Shown here: positions 50,396 through 63,669 of the stretch, piece after piece
Layout of the letters: every line of letters starts with the position of its first letter
Position numbering within the stretch: position 1 is the first letter of the stretch
Source of the DNA: Zootoca vivipara
Taxonomy: Eukaryota
Assembly (NCBI RefSeq): GCF_963506605.1
Contig: NC_083284.1
Location: forward strand, 20,708,001 to 20,772,000
DNA length: 64,000 nt
Direction: 5' to 3'
Position numbers and translations under genes: made by a program
The notes under the pieces: model-generated
The model's input: the letters and a program-made list of their open reading frames with translations, nothing else
Databases searched by the model: none
Told to the model about the DNA's origin: nothing

Positions 50396-51155
50396 GGACC
50401 CACCCACCCACACTCTGGTCTTCATAAAAGATACACACACCCAGCCCCACACCTGTTACTGTTATTTTTAAAAACCCAAAGATGTTTTTACTGCCATACC
50501 TTATTCGGCCTTAAGGGAGCTAATGAGGGGGAGAATCAGGAGCCACAAGTTCCTGGGACTAAGGCCAGTGGGAGAAGCTGGCAGGAGGCAGGCTTCTGTG
50601 AGAACTAGGTCTGGCCAGCAATAACACCTAGTCAAGGCTGACTGTTCCTCACTGGAAGCCTGCCCAGTCTATGCCCACCGTTGAAGACGGCATACCTTTG
50701 AATACCACTTGCTGAGAATCACAAGTGTGGAGGTCTGTGTTGTACTTACGTCCTGCTCGCGGGCTTCCCATAGGAAGAGGCTGGGCGCTGTGAGAATAGG
50801 ATGCCAGACTGCATGGGCCCTTGGCCTTATCGGGCAGGGTTCTTCTCATGTTCCTAAAGTTTTGGGCTGCACATAATAACATTTTAAACCCCAGAAGCAA
50901 TAATAACAGAACAGGTAGAGTCGATAGACCTTTGGGCTTGTCCAGTAGGGTTGTCTTTACATCCTCGTAGCTCTCCCAGAACACGGAAACAATGGGATAC
51001 TTGGTTGTGAGGAGTCACTCTAGAGAACAGCTGGAAAAACTGTGGCCCTTCTGTTGTTGCCGACTACAGTTCCCACCATCATATTCTGCCTTGTTCAGGC
51101 CACACCTGGAATACTCTGTCCAGTTCTGGGCACTACAATTTAAAAAGGATACCGA

Positions 51156-51290
51156 CAGTGCTATTTTTCTAGGGAAAGGTGCCAGAACTCACCATGAATG
51201 CCTCCCCTTTTCTCTTACAATGGCAATGGCGCCCACCTAAGAGGTGCCAGAACTGATTTTCTGTGAGTTCCGGCTGAAAAAATAGCCCTG
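51156..51290. mobile_element. hAT MITE nested in CR1
   Basis: TIR CAGTGCTATTTTT / AAAAATAGCCCTG; degenerate 8-bp TSD; the CR1 sequence resumes afterwards. Confidence 0.75.
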
Positions 51291-51553
51291 GGTATTGACA
51301 ACTGGAATGTGTGCAGAGGAGGTCTGGAAACCAAGCCTAATGAGGAATGGTTAAGGGATATGGGGTATGTTTAGCTTGGAAGAGAGGAGGCTGAAAGGAG
51401 ATATGATAGCCATCTTCAAATATCTAAAGGGCTGCCACATGGAAGATGGAGCAAGCTTGTTATCTCCTGCTCCAGAGGGTAGGACCAGTACCAGTGGATT
51501 CAAGTTACAAGAAATGAGATTCTGACTAAACATCAGGAAGAACTTTCTGACAG

Positions 51554-51733
51554 GTAGGTAGCCGTGTTGGTCTGGCGCAGTCAAAACAAAATAAAAAAAA
51601 TCCCTCCAGTAGCACTTTAGAGACCAACTAAGTTTGTCATAGGTATGAGCTTTCATGTGCATGCACACTTATACCAACGACAAACTTAGTTGGTCTCTAA
51701 GGTGCTACTGGAAGGATTTTTTTATTTTGTTTT
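51554..51733. mobile_element. Penelope-like pLTR fold-back insertion, copy C, nested in CR1
   Basis: 13-bp TSD AACTTTCTGACAG (51541-51553 and 51734-51746); inverted arms; partial hammerhead. Confidence 0.88.
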
Positions 51734-52692
51734 AACTTTCTGACAGTAAGAGCTGTTAAACAGTGGAATGGACTCCCACAGAAGGTGGTGAACTCTCTTT
51801 CATTGGATGTTTTAAGCAGATGTTGGATGGCCATCTGTAATGGATGCTTTAGTTGGATTCTTGCATTGCAGGGGGTTGGACTAGATGACCCTAGAGGTTC
51901 CTTCCACCTCTAGAATTCTATGATTTTATGGTTCCTGGCTGGGGCTGATGGGAATTGGAATCCAACAACATCTGGAGGGCTATGGGTTACCCATCCCTGT
52001 TCTAGACTCTGAGAGGATATCATGGACCAAGCAACTTTCTGAGGTGAGCCCGTTTCCTCACTCCATTGATCCTAAAGGTGGGGATTTGGAGGAGCATCTC
52101 CTCCCCCATTGTATCAGCCTGGACACTGAGGTCCACCTCTGGGGGCCTTCTGAGAGAACCCTGGGAGTTGTAGTTTACTCTCCACAGAACTCTTAGTTAG
52201 CACCCTTGGCAAACTACAGTGCTTGGGATTCTTTGGGGGAAAGCCACGTGCCTTAAATGTATGGTGTGGTCTGGATGTGACCCAAGTCTCTTTACTGATC
52301 AACCTCTGCCAGTCATCATGGAGGGTCATCAGTAGGAGATGCTTTAGTTGCGCCCTCCATTGGTGAGCCTGTATTGAGCAGGAGGTTGGGCTAGACAGAG
52401 ACCTTCTAACTCCACGATTGTGCCCTGTAAATATGTTTGTTGCTTTCTAGTGGCACTGGTTGTTATGATGGATGCACCTGGCACCCTCACTTTTCTCTTT
52501 CCAAGGAATAACCTCTCAGATAAACTGTGCCTTTGGGATGGAGGCCAACAAATCTCCTGCTGCTAGAAAGCCGTGTGTCAGTACAGATTGAATTTTGGTT
52601 GGTATTTGAAGCACGATGTACTTAGATGATCAGGCCTCAAGCTAGCCCTGTGAAATTTCACCCTCGATCGGAAGTACTTAGCAAATGTACAG

Positions 52693-52795
52693 ACAGGTAC
52701 CTGTATTAGTCTGCTCCAGCTAGGAGAGTTTTGCAGGGCATTAACGACTAGCAAATTTGTTGTGGCATGAACTTTTTGTGGCTTATCAGAATGCT
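52693..52795 (-). mobile_element. Older degenerate Penelope-like pLTR remnant
   Basis: CAGGTACCTGTATTAGTCTG...GACTAGCAAATTTGTT...GCATGAACTTT...TTATCAGA aligns by eye to copies A-C. Confidence 0.5.
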
Positions 52796-52842
52796 GTCAG
52801 TTCTGATTTCTCTGTCCAGTTCAAAGATTTCACCTCTGTAGT

Positions 52843-53019
52843 CAGGGCAGTCTCGAGCGGGTCGGCCGCCCTGGCGCTGAGGGGCGGAGATCGCTCCGGC
52901 GCCCCCGCCCTCGCAGGGCGCAGCATGGTTTCCGCATGGCTTTGCCGTGCGGCGCCCTGCCTACTGGCCCAGCGCCCTAGCACACTGCACCACCGGGGGT
53001 CTACCTAGAGCCGGCCCTG
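52843..53019. mobile_element. GC-rich hAT (Tip100-like) MITE
   Basis: Ends CAGGGCAGTCTC / GAGCCGGCCCTG; TSD TCTGTAGT. Confidence 0.85.
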
Positions 53020-53442
53020 TCTGTAGTGGGAAATGCCTCCTAAACTGAGTTACTTCATATTATTACTTCATATTATTTGTTGCCATTTCTCTTAGAAATG
53101 AAAATTAAAAACTCACAAATTATATAGTTACAGAACTGGGCAAGGGTTAGTCTGGGTGTCATTTTTGGGATGCCCTCCAAGCAAGGTGGGATTCTGTAGC
53201 GGGGAAAAAAGACTGCTGGAATGATCAAATCAGTCTTTTTGTTAAGTCGGTCCAAATCTGTTAAATATCTCTTTGCATGACTAAAGAGTACAGATGACTG
53301 GTTGCAGCAGAAACTATGAGATGAAGAAGCCTCCAGAAGGTCGGCTAAGGGGCAAGGCAGGCTCTCCCCTTCTTTTCCATCTGGGGATGATGTCAGAAGA
53401 ACAAAAGACCTGGGGCGAGCCTAGTCTTGGACTAGGCTGGGA

Positions 53443-54990
53443 CAGTGGCGTAGGAAGGGGGTGCGGTTGGTGCTGGTCACCACGGGTGTCACCACTGAGG
53501 GGGGTGGCAAATATGGCCATAGCTAGGGGGTGGTGAGGAAGGTCCCCGCCAGGGGCGCCAAGCTTGTCCTCCCCTTTGTGGAGCACTCTCACTTCTCGCC
53601 GCGGCGGCAGGCTCCTCCATTCCCCCCCCTCCATCTTTCTCTCCAGCGGCGTCTGGATGCCTTGAGCTGATAAGGAAGCCAAGAAGCCGAGACAGGAGCA
53701 GGAGCGGCGGCGGCGGCAGGAGAGCATGTGCCTGTGCCATTCACCAGGCGCTCCGGCGCTGCTTCACTCTCCTAAGAATAAAAGTTTCCCTGGTCTCAGT
53801 TTGGGCATTGTTGGGTCTCCTGGCTTTGCCCAAGGAAAGGGGAGGGGGAGAAAAGTGTCCTGTTTCCTCTCCCCATCACCTCTCTGCCTTCCTCAGGACC
53901 CATAACAAGCTGCTCTCAGGTACAGTAGCGGCAGGAGGGGACAGCGAAGGAGGAGGAGGAGGAGGGAAGAGCCATCGTGTTCTTAGATTGGGGACAGCCT
54001 CCCCCATCCTTCTCCCCAACCAGTGGAAGGACCAGACTCAAATTCCTTGCCTTTTGACCCCTCAGCAAACCTTTATTCCCCCCCCTTCTCTCTTCCCCCT
54101 TCCCCCCAACGAAGTTCTTTTGGAGTGAGAGACTTTTCCTCATGCACGTGTTTTCGTGTTGGTGTTACTGAGAGAGGAAAGGGGGGTTAGTTCTGTGAGG
54201 AAGGTGAGGGGGGAGAGAGAAAGAAGGAAGGAAGGAAGGAAGGGCCGGTGCTGCCAGGAGGACTTACAGAGTGGGGGTGGGGGTGGCCTTGACTAGGGGG
54301 CGCAATCTGGACGGTTCTGCCAGGGGCACAAGATCACATAGCTATGGCTCTGGTGACAAAATGGCAAAAACGTGTTTTTACAATTAAAAGTGGGGGCTCA
54401 CGATACTTTTTTTGGGAAAAAAATTATTTAAAACGAGTTTAATAACTTCATCTGATATTTAATTAACCTCAACAAGTCAACATAATACGTATTGAAACTT
54501 TTTAGTTCAGTCAACAAAACGCAGCTGAACTCGACGCTGTGTAGTGGAAAGCATATGGATAAGGAAAGGGGTGTGTGTGTGTTTCTGTCCACTGATTCGC
54601 CAAAGTCTGTCTCTGCAGTTTGTACTTGAGCAAGACGTAAACAACCGGTGACTCATCATCACTCATCCCGCAACCAATCCTGTCCACTGCCGTGCCTGTC
54701 AGTCACCCCACGTCATTCTGTTGAGTTAGTTGTGCATTATTACTGAAGCTTATAAGTGCCGTGCTGAGTTTATTTTTGTCACACTTTTTAGTTCATTGAT
54801 TCATTGTGATCATCCTCTTCTCTATGATATTGAGCTTGGTACGTAACGTAAACGTTATGATGTATGCTATTTGTTTGTATTTGTACGTTAAGCAAAAGCT
54901 GCAAAATAGCGAAATTAAGTAAAAAAATTCATTCATAAGAAATTCCCATCACAATACATTTTAGATATAATTTTGTTGTTGTTTTGAAGC
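53443..54990. mobile_element. Composite of probable DNA-transposon fragments
   Basis: Starts CAGTGGCGTAG; GC-rich part ends TAGCTATGGCTCTG at 54352, followed by CpG-containing AT-rich transposon-like sequence; no TSD found. Confidence 0.4.
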
Positions 54991-56434
54991 AAATTTTCTT
55001 CTAATAATGAGGGTCTCTCCATAAACCCTTTTTGCATTTTATCTTTATTAAATTTACTATTTATTTGATGGAACTGGATCCAACCCGATAGTAAATGTTT
55101 TATTTCTTCATATTCCTTTATCTTCAGCTTCCCTTCTTTTTCTTCTAGTAAGTCTTTATATTTCCCCTAATCTGGACTTTCTCTCTGTACTAAAACCAAA
55201 ACTATGGCTTTGGAGATCCCCCTGGAAACATAATGGGTCACAAGCACAATTAAATCACCTAAAATAAACAGAAACAAACAAACAAAATCCATAAAAAACA
55301 CCCTGAAAACCCTAGAAATGTGAAATGGAATTGGGTTGTTTTAAACTGCAGACTGCTTGTGACTTGGTGGTGGGTTATGTTTGACTCTGTTTAAGACTCT
55401 TGTGTGTGTCTACTCCAGACCATCAGTATTTTGCAGGAGAGATCCAAACACATATTAGAAATTTTTATTCTGAAAGTGTCTCTGCTAAAAGTGTGGCCCA
55501 GTTTGAGAACCTCTGCTGTAAGGAAATCAGGTCCAATGCTTAATTAGCAGCTCACCTGAGGGAGCACACTGTGGGTGTTGACTGAAACAAGAGCGGTGCC
55601 CACCAGAGCTACAGGTCATAAGATAAAAACTGAGCTCAAAAGCAGAAGAGAAAGCCAAGGCAGGAGATGAAGTGTGGGCAGCAGTCTAAGAGACAGTGCG
55701 TGCTTACCTAACATTGTGGCATCAACTGGCTTAAACAGCGCCAATCCAGGCCAGCCTCTCTAATAGGAGACTATATGCTAATGAGACCTCATCTTGGCAG
55801 ACAGAAACTTTATGGCTTGTTCCTCATTCCTTTTAAGAAAGTTAAAGTGCTAAACTAGAAATGAAAGATGAAGGTACCTCAGGGAACACAAATTCCAAGT
55901 TGGCAGGGAAGAATGTGCCACTTTCATTTACCAGAGTCATTCTTTCCTGCTGTGCCACTTTATTTTGCTTTTTGAGCTGTTTGATCCTCATGCGGTATGC
56001 CTGGTTGCTGAATTAGCATGCCTGGCACACCCCAAAATTTCTCAGTCTAGAAGCATCCATACTGGCTATTTTGGTCTTACACAGAGCCTCACAAACACAC
56101 ACAAAAAAGTCCATTTCCTTGAATTAATGCATTTGCATCCCATTGTTCTTCCATGGTTTCATGCTGGCACTCTTAAGCTCGTCTCTTTTTATCCTCAAAA
56201 CAACCCTGCAAGGTAGAATAGGTGGGGAGATTATGGCTTGCCTGAGGCTATCTACATGGTCTTTAAGGCTGTGCATAGATTTAAATCTTGGTTTTCTCTG
56301 ATCCAAGCATAGCGTTCTAGGCCAGAGATAGCCAAAGTTGTGTCCTCCAGTTGTTATTGGACTATAATTTCCCTCAGTCCCAGCTAACATGGCCAATGAT
56401 CAGGGATGATGGAAGCTGCAGCTCAACATCCAGA

Positions 56435-57089
56435 TGTCATGAACTGGCAGGGTGATGGGGAGGAGGAGGAAGAGGATCCCAGCAAGAGGTGTCACTAGAA
56501 CTGGAACACACTGGGGGAAGCAAGGGATGGAGAAGGAAATAGATGGTGACAGAAGATGGCGAGGGGATGGGGGTCAATGCACAGGAATCAGAGCAGCAGC
56601 ACCCATCACCAGAGGGGCCCCTGTCTCCATGAACATGGTGTAGAGAGCAATGGCAGCGGTGCTCTAGGAGGCTGAGGCAGGCAAGGGCCCACAGCCCAGC
56701 TCGCTAGTTGATCAGGTGGGACTTGCTAGCTCTGGAAGGAGGGGTTTGATTCCTCAACTGGAGTAGACTTGGAGCAGGTGAGGACCATGTGCCTCAACAA
56801 GCCCAGATGCTGCAATCAACATGCAAAGTACAAAAGGGAAGCAGAGCGCAGGTGCTTGGTCTGCTCAACTGCTGATGTTGATGAACTTTGGCTTGGGTGT
56901 TCCTGGACCTCTATGGGACTGTGCTTTGGGTTTGACTCTGGACTGTATCCTGACTGCTAGACTTCAGATTTGGCTATTTGGGTTGACCCTGAACTGCATT
57001 TCCTGACCTTTGGACTTGTGTGGATTGGCCCTCGGACTTGGAACTTTGGCATGGTGACTTGCTGCCAGGTAGGCCAGGGGTTCAGGGCA
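56435..57089 (+). mobile_element. Probable solo LTR interrupting a MITE
   Basis: Starts TGTCATGAAC; GGACT-rich 3' part; flanks rejoin as the CAACATC..GGAGGGCA MITE motif; weak TSD. Confidence 0.5.
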
Positions 57090-57640
57090 CAGGAGGGCAT
57101 CTCATTTGCCAACCTGGCTCCAGACAGTTCTCCACAATAGTGCAAAAGAAACCCTTCAGAAAGCTTCAAGCTGCTTTGCTCCCAGTGTGACATCCAAGTT
57201 GCAGAACTCTGGGAGCATCGGAATATGGTCTTGAGTAGAGCGCTGAGTGAGACAGGCTGTATGTCGACACTATCAGGCAATTACTTCACTGTTTGCACAT
57301 ATTATGATTTCCAACAAACAAAACAAAATCCAGGCTGACATTTTACCTTCCAGGACTCTTCAACAGCAAAACCATACATGCAAGGAGGCGCAAATGGTTA
57401 TGCAAAGCAGCAAATGTTCTCTTTCACACATGAATGTGCACACACACAGTCTTGGAGACAAATACTTGCTCAGGCGATGCTAGTTCCGTATATACACATT
57501 CCCAGCATTGTAGTGAGTGATGACAGCAGGAGAGGCGGAACAGCCCGGGCGGCATTCTCTGCCTGAACTGGAGAGGCAAGGGAGGGCACTTTGGTGTAAG
57601 CAGGGAGGGACTCGTTTTTTTTCACTTCCTCATTCACTCC

Positions 57641-57675
<35 letters not shown>

Positions 57676-59911
57676 ACAGCTTGCTGGCATGCTTGCGTTG
57701 TAGAGATTTCCTGTTGTCCACAGAAGGGAGGCAGAAGCCGAAGTGAAAGGATGCCCCTTTCCCCTCCTGCCTCCCACCTCTTTCTTCCTCTGGCCTATGG
57801 TGCCCTGAAAAGGAGCCACAACAGGTGCTACGGATGGGCATAGCCGAGATGGAAGAAAGGAGGAGGATGAGCTACCAGCAGGATCAGCGCCGCCACTTGG
57901 AGCACAGTGATGTAGAAGAGGAGCTCCAGAATCTAGGGTGAGAACAAGTAGCTGTGCGTCATTCCAGCAGGCAGAGGAACCCTCCATTCCCAGGGAAGCT
58001 CTGAGAAGGCTGAGAAAGCCTGCTGGCATTAGCATGACACCAGAGGTACCTTTCCTGCTGACCCTTGTCTGCTTTATTTCTTTAGTGCTAACTCACATGG
58101 TAACATCGTGCAATAGGCTAGGCGGACAGGAACAGTTGTATTGCAAACTGACACTCCTGTTTGCTCCTCTCCCCCCTTTTGGAAGTAAACAGGGCAGGTG
58201 TGTTTCTGTGCTGGTAGTTGAAGCTCTGAGCCTTGAATTTAAAAATGCATGAGTCTCTCAGCCTCACTCACATCAGAGTGTTTGTTGTGGGGGAGGAAGG
58301 GAAAGGACTGGAGATTGTTAGCTGCTTTGAGACTCCTTAAGGGGAGTGAAAGGCGGGATATCAAGTCCAAACTCCTCCTCCTCCTCCTTAATTGCAGGGC
58401 TGTGGGTTCAACCCCCACGTTGGGCAAAAGATTCCTGCATTGCAGGGGGTTGGACTAGACGACCCCCAGGGTACCTTCCAATTCTACAGTTCTATGAAAG
58501 GGCAAGGGATAAGAGAAAGTGTTCAGTTAGGGATACTTATTTACTTGAAACTCCTTCAAGAACCATCTTTTGCAGTGTAGGTTACTATGCATTCAGCCTC
58601 AAAATAAGTCCCTCAATTGTTCTTTAAATGAAATAATGCAGTGTCACTGGTTATCGGCAATATTGCAGCATTATCCAACAGGATAACACTCCTAGCATCC
58701 CATACTGCTTTCCCCCAGTGGCAAAATATTCAGTCAGCCAGTTTAATTGTGTATTCAGCCTACAGACCAATTATATGAAGTATTCAGAACTAAGCACACA
58801 TGCTTCAGATAACATGACAAAACATTCTCGTTCGATGCTGCAAGAATGCAGTTTCTCTACAAGAGATGTGCTATTTGATGAGAAAACATTTGGATCCCCT
58901 TCAACAGCTGAATAACAACCACTGTTTCCTATCTCCAGTCCATAGTTTGGGTTTCTGCTCTCTAGTCTCCTATGTGAATACTTAGCTCCCACAAACACAG
59001 AGAGCAACTTTGTGCCATTTCTGGCTACTGGTCCATTTTGAGAAATATTGTGTACTCTGTCAACAGGTCTCCAGGCTTTTCCATATTGCTGCCTACCTGG
59101 TTTATTTATTTTAACCAGAAATGTTAAGACTGAATCTAGAACCTTCTGTATACAAAGCATGTAGTCTACCACCAAGCTATAATCTATCCCCATGGTTGGC
59201 TATAACCACTGCTAATGTTACATTTGCATCTAGGATAAATATGGTTTGAGCTAACCAGGACTGCCTACAGCATTTGTTTTCAAACCCACCTGAAATTCTA
59301 GTTTCAAGGTATAGTTAGGAGGGTATTGGCTTTAACCATGGCTCGACTGATAGAGTCAGAACACTAAACTATGGTTCTAGATAACTATGGAAGAGAAAGG
59401 GAAATCAGAGCACAAAGCAGGGTAGGATGTGGTGTGAGGGTATGGGAGTTTGTGGCACACTCCTGATCTCCAAACAATGGTAGGGAGATGTGGACTGTCA
59501 TTTTGAATTAAGTCATTTGAATTAAATCACTCTACCCCCCCCCCAAATGTTCTGCAGCCACTAAATGCCCTTAATACCAATTGCTGAAGGCAACAGTGAG
59601 GGATAATAATTGTCCTGATTGTGGTCTTGTCACTAGCTAGACCTTTGTTCTGATTCAGAAGCAGCTGGGCTCTTATTGTGTTTGCCTGGATTAATAAACC
59701 CCTAAAGAAGTGAAGCACTAAAAGCTAAAGCCACACAAACAGTATCCCTAAAGGTAAAGTTTGTATGTGTGTTCTTCAACATCAGATCTACTTCCCTTGT
59801 GCTGATGGCCTGAGTCTTAAGTAAGTTACATTTGCCATGGAGCCAGCCGAAAAAATGTACAGGAGACACATTGTGCCTTGTAAAACTAAAATATAGTTCT
59901 CACTGAGATGC

Positions 59912-60058
59912 NNNNNNNNNNNNNNNNNNNNNNNNNNNNNNNNNNNNNNNNNNNNNNNNNNNNNNNNNNNNNNNNNNNNNNNNNNNNNNNNNNNNNNNNN
60001 NNNNNNNNNNNNNNNNNNNNNNNNNNNNNNNNNNNNNNNNNNNNNNNNNNNNNNNNNN
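59912..60058. other. Assembly gap
   Basis: Run of N. Confidence 1.
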
Positions 60059-60656
60059 TATGTGATTTCTTGTGAAAAGAGAAAGGGGAATAAAAGTCTG
60101 TGGGTCAGAAGTTCCTAAGATTCAGCAGTTATTCACAACACTCTTGGTTTTCCATGTTGAAAAACACAAGGTGGTTTCCCACTGTATAGTTGTATACAGT
60201 ACATAAAAAGACACAGAGGGAGCTTCCAAGAGACCTCATTCATCCTGATTTGTTTGCAAGGAGATTAGGCGACTTAATGAGATTAGGCTATTTAATAAGC
60301 ATTCGCCTGATTTATTTGTGAGGTTTGATGTTGTGTCAAAACAAGTGTTATCTCCCACTTTCTAGTGCATTTCCCCATCCCTTCTTGCAAAAGGTCTCAG
60401 CTTTCGGGGAAGCAGATTTGTTGCACAAGACCTCCGAATCGCCTAAAACTGTGCAACCTGAACTAGTTGGTTTGTGATTGGATCCCACCTGTTAATATCA
60501 ACAGTCTGGAAGTGCCCAGAATTTAGAAGTGACAGACTATGTTTTATCTGAATAGCTCAGTTGGTTGGAGCATGGTGCAGATAATGCCAAGGTTGCAGGT
60601 TCAATCCCAATATGGGACAGCTGCATCTTCCTGCATTGTAGAGGGTTGGACTAGAT

Positions 60657-61191
60657 CAGGGGTCAGCAACCTTTTTCAGCCGTGGGCCGGTCCACCGTCC
60701 CTCAGACCATGTGATGGGCCGGACTATATTTTGGAAAAAAATTATGAACGAATTCCTATACCCCACAAATAACCCAGAGATGCATTTTAAATACAGTGGA
60801 ACCTCGGTTTACACCTAACTCTGTTTATGAACGCCTCCGTTTACAAACGCCACGGACCCGGAAGTGTTTACATCCGGGTTCCGCGGCGTCGGATGCGCAG
60901 CTCGCTTCTGTGCAGCTCGCACATGCGCAGAAGCGATTTGCGCAGCACGCGCGTGTGCGGAAGCGCTCTATCGGCGCTTCGCGCACGCGCAGAAGCGTTC
61001 CTTTCGGGGAGCGAATGCCTCCGTTTACGAACGCCTCCGTGGAATGGATTGCATTCGTAAACCGAGGTTCCGCTGTAAAAGGACACATTCTACTCATGTA
61101 AAAACACGCTGATTCCTGGACCATCCGTGGGCTGGATTGAGAAGGCAATTGGGCCACATCCGGCCCACAGGCCTTAGGTTGCCTACCCCTG
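60657..61191. mobile_element. hAT MITE inside the SINE
   Basis: TSD GACTAGAT (60649-60656 and 61192-61199); ends CAGGGGT / ACCCCTG. Confidence 0.9.
60794..61075. mobile_element. CpG-rich mariner MITE inside the hAT MITE
   Basis: TA TSD; TIR CAGTGGAACCTCGGTTTAC / GTAAACCGAGGTTCCGCTG. Confidence 0.9.
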
Positions 61192-61714
61192 GACTAGATG
61201 ATCTTTAGGGTCCCTTCCAACTCTACACTTCTATGATCTCACTGCAACCCTGCTTCAACTAATGGCAGACTGGCTTTATTACACAGTGGGCAGAAATTGC
61301 TCTCTATTTTTCTGGGGGAACAAAGTTAACAAGAAGATACTATGGGAATGTGGAGCTGTAAAAGCCAGAGAGAAATAAAGGCTGTATTTAAGTGATCTTA
61401 GGAATGAAGAGGGAGTTACTATATAATTAGGCATTCATGAGTCTGGGCACTTGTGTCTTTTGTATGAGCTAAGAGAACATTTTATTTATGCTTTTATTTC
61501 TCATATATTTATTCCAGCCTTCAAAGAAGGATTGAACATGCCTGTGTGGGGAAAGCTTTTAAGGAGATGTCATGTCATGTACACAAGCAAATAATGGCAA
61601 TGTAATTAAACGTCACAGGTATTTGCTTGTGTAAAGCCACCGGTCTTAGTTGTCTTGTAAGTAATTTGGAAAACAGAAATTTCCAACACCTTCTCATAAA
61701 AGGCAATAGAAACA

Positions 61715-61815
61715 GAAGTCTTGGGACACCTTTATGACTAAAAAGACTTGGGCTCTAATCTTCAGACGTTTACACAATGATAAATCCATCTGTCTTGAAG
61801 GTGTCACACAGAATT
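61715..61815. mobile_element. Old fold-back Penelope-like remnant
   Basis: GACACCTTTATGAC ... GTCTTGAAGGTGTC inverted pair, resembling the GCACCTTAAAGAC arms of copies A-C. Confidence 0.45.
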
Positions 61816-63021
61816 CTTTGTGAGAGTGTTCACCTCCTGTGGTATGCGTACCATCTCCAGTGTCAACTTAAATGGTTCATAGAAACAAGTATATTTAAAC
61901 GGCTCACAAGCTGTTAAGAGGATTTCATACATTCAATGTAAGGAATCTCAGGATAAAGATTAGGGCTCAATCAAGACCAGGTTTTTTTTCTAGGTGGATC
62001 GCGTTATCACCAATTATTGCTGCTGTAAGCAGTTAGTGTGCTTAGCTTTGCATAGAAATGTCCCAGGCTGTGTTTTTTGGACTTCTGGCCTCTCTGTTTA
62101 GACTTCTTTTATATCCATGGGTGCATGGCACAATTGCTTTTGGACACAAATGTTCATTAGTTTGCTAAGCTGAATTGAAAGTGGCTATTCTGCTGTTTCT
62201 AAAATGAGGAAATCTTTAAAATCTTCTTAGAAACTGCAGTGACATCATCTTGGCCTCAGTGACTTTTCTGTAGAGCAGCGAGTATCTCCCAGTAATGCTT
62301 TAGCTGAGGGTTGATCTCCACAGCTGCTTTTGGACTGAACTTCCCATCTAGGCTGACTTCTGTTTCTTTTTGGTCAGTGGGTAGAAATGGCAGAACTGAC
62401 CAAATGAGGAAACACTAAACATGTTGAGCTCCAAGTTGGGCAAAAGATTCCTGCATTTGCCAGGGGTTGAACTAGAGGACCCTCGTGGTCCCTTCCAACT
62501 CTATGAAATTCTATGAAACCTTGCTGACAATCATCTTCCTGGCCTCAGCAACTTTCCTGTGAAGTAGCAGATAGCCATTTGGGGCTTAGTTTTCCATCTA
62601 TGGTTATATTTTGTTAATTTTGTCAGTTGAATTGAAAGCAGAAGTGGTAGAATGACCATCCATTCACAGATTAAGATTCTGGCTTTAAAAAAATATTGTC
62701 CACTTAATCAACAACTAGAATCATACCAGACAAGCACTCACATGCTAGCCTTGCCACCCCGTCATTCATTAACTGGTGTATGTATAGAACACTTTTGACT
62801 GCAATTTACATCACAAAATATACTTCAAGACCCCTGCTGCCCTCTCTTCTTAGGGTCCTATATCTTTAAACCACACGTTGATTAGGCATCCCTTCAAAGA
62901 GAGGACACCTTCAAATGAGGGATTTCCCTCTGTAAAGTAGAATGTGTACATGGTCACCTTAACAGTCATGCACAATGTGAGACTAACATGCAGGGGTGAA
63001 AACAGGCACATTTTGACTGGT

Positions 63022-63056
<35 letters not shown>

Positions 63057-63669
63057 ATATACACATGCATACATTGCCAGGAAAGGTCATGAGTAAAATA
63101 TATCTAAAAATACTCTGGTTTTATGGTTGCCAGAGTGAGATTTCTGAACCAGAAGAGGTACATAGCATTGCTCTGCAAGGCAGATAATGACCAACGTAGG
63201 TTAGAAAAGGAGATGAAACTGAATTGGCTTAAGGCACCATCCTGTCTGATGAGACCTGAGAGGTATGTGTGAAGAGATGTTGGCCAATATTCAGAGGCAC
63301 AACCACAAACACGTTACAGTATTTCACAAGTCAGTTTCAACAGCACATGTAAACACTGTGAATGAGTCATAGATGGTCTTAGCAATATGTTCAGAGACGA
63401 GCAATAATTTTAAAAGTGTGCCATGTTACTCCCATGTAATTAGTGGCACTGCTGCTTTCTCTTTCCATTGTATCGTCTATAGTTATATGCCAAGACTTGT
63501 ACAGGCGTCTTTGCTCTCTGGCTGACTCTCAAATACTGTCAATGTGGAGGGTTCTCTAAGATCAGCGTTTGTCTCTGGTATCATATGTAATGAAGATACT
63601 TGATAGAGTCTGGCGATATGCCTACCCTCAATCAATTACTTCTCTTGTCATTGCACCATAAAACTAGAT

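Larger units (their letters stand above)
51080..51930 (+). mobile_element. CR1 LINE 3' region carrying two nested insertions
   Basis: YSALFRPHLEYSVQFWALQFKKD; 3' end GGACTAGATGACC...TTCTATGATT. Confidence 0.9.
60550..61236 (+). mobile_element. tRNA-headed SINE with CR1-derived tail, split by nested MITEs
   Basis: Head TAGCTCAGTTGG...GGTTCAATCCC; tail GGACTAGATGATC...CCCTTCCAACTCTA...TTCTATGAT. Confidence 0.85.

Noticed and set aside
57509-58039. Possible further solo LTR with a (GCA)n tract
   Set aside because: TG...CA ends are plausible, but there is no TSD and the boundaries are unsupported.
60550-60615. tRNA-like sequences here and at 36628 and 31421
   Set aside because: SINE heads that continue into SINE bodies; no complete cloverleaf.
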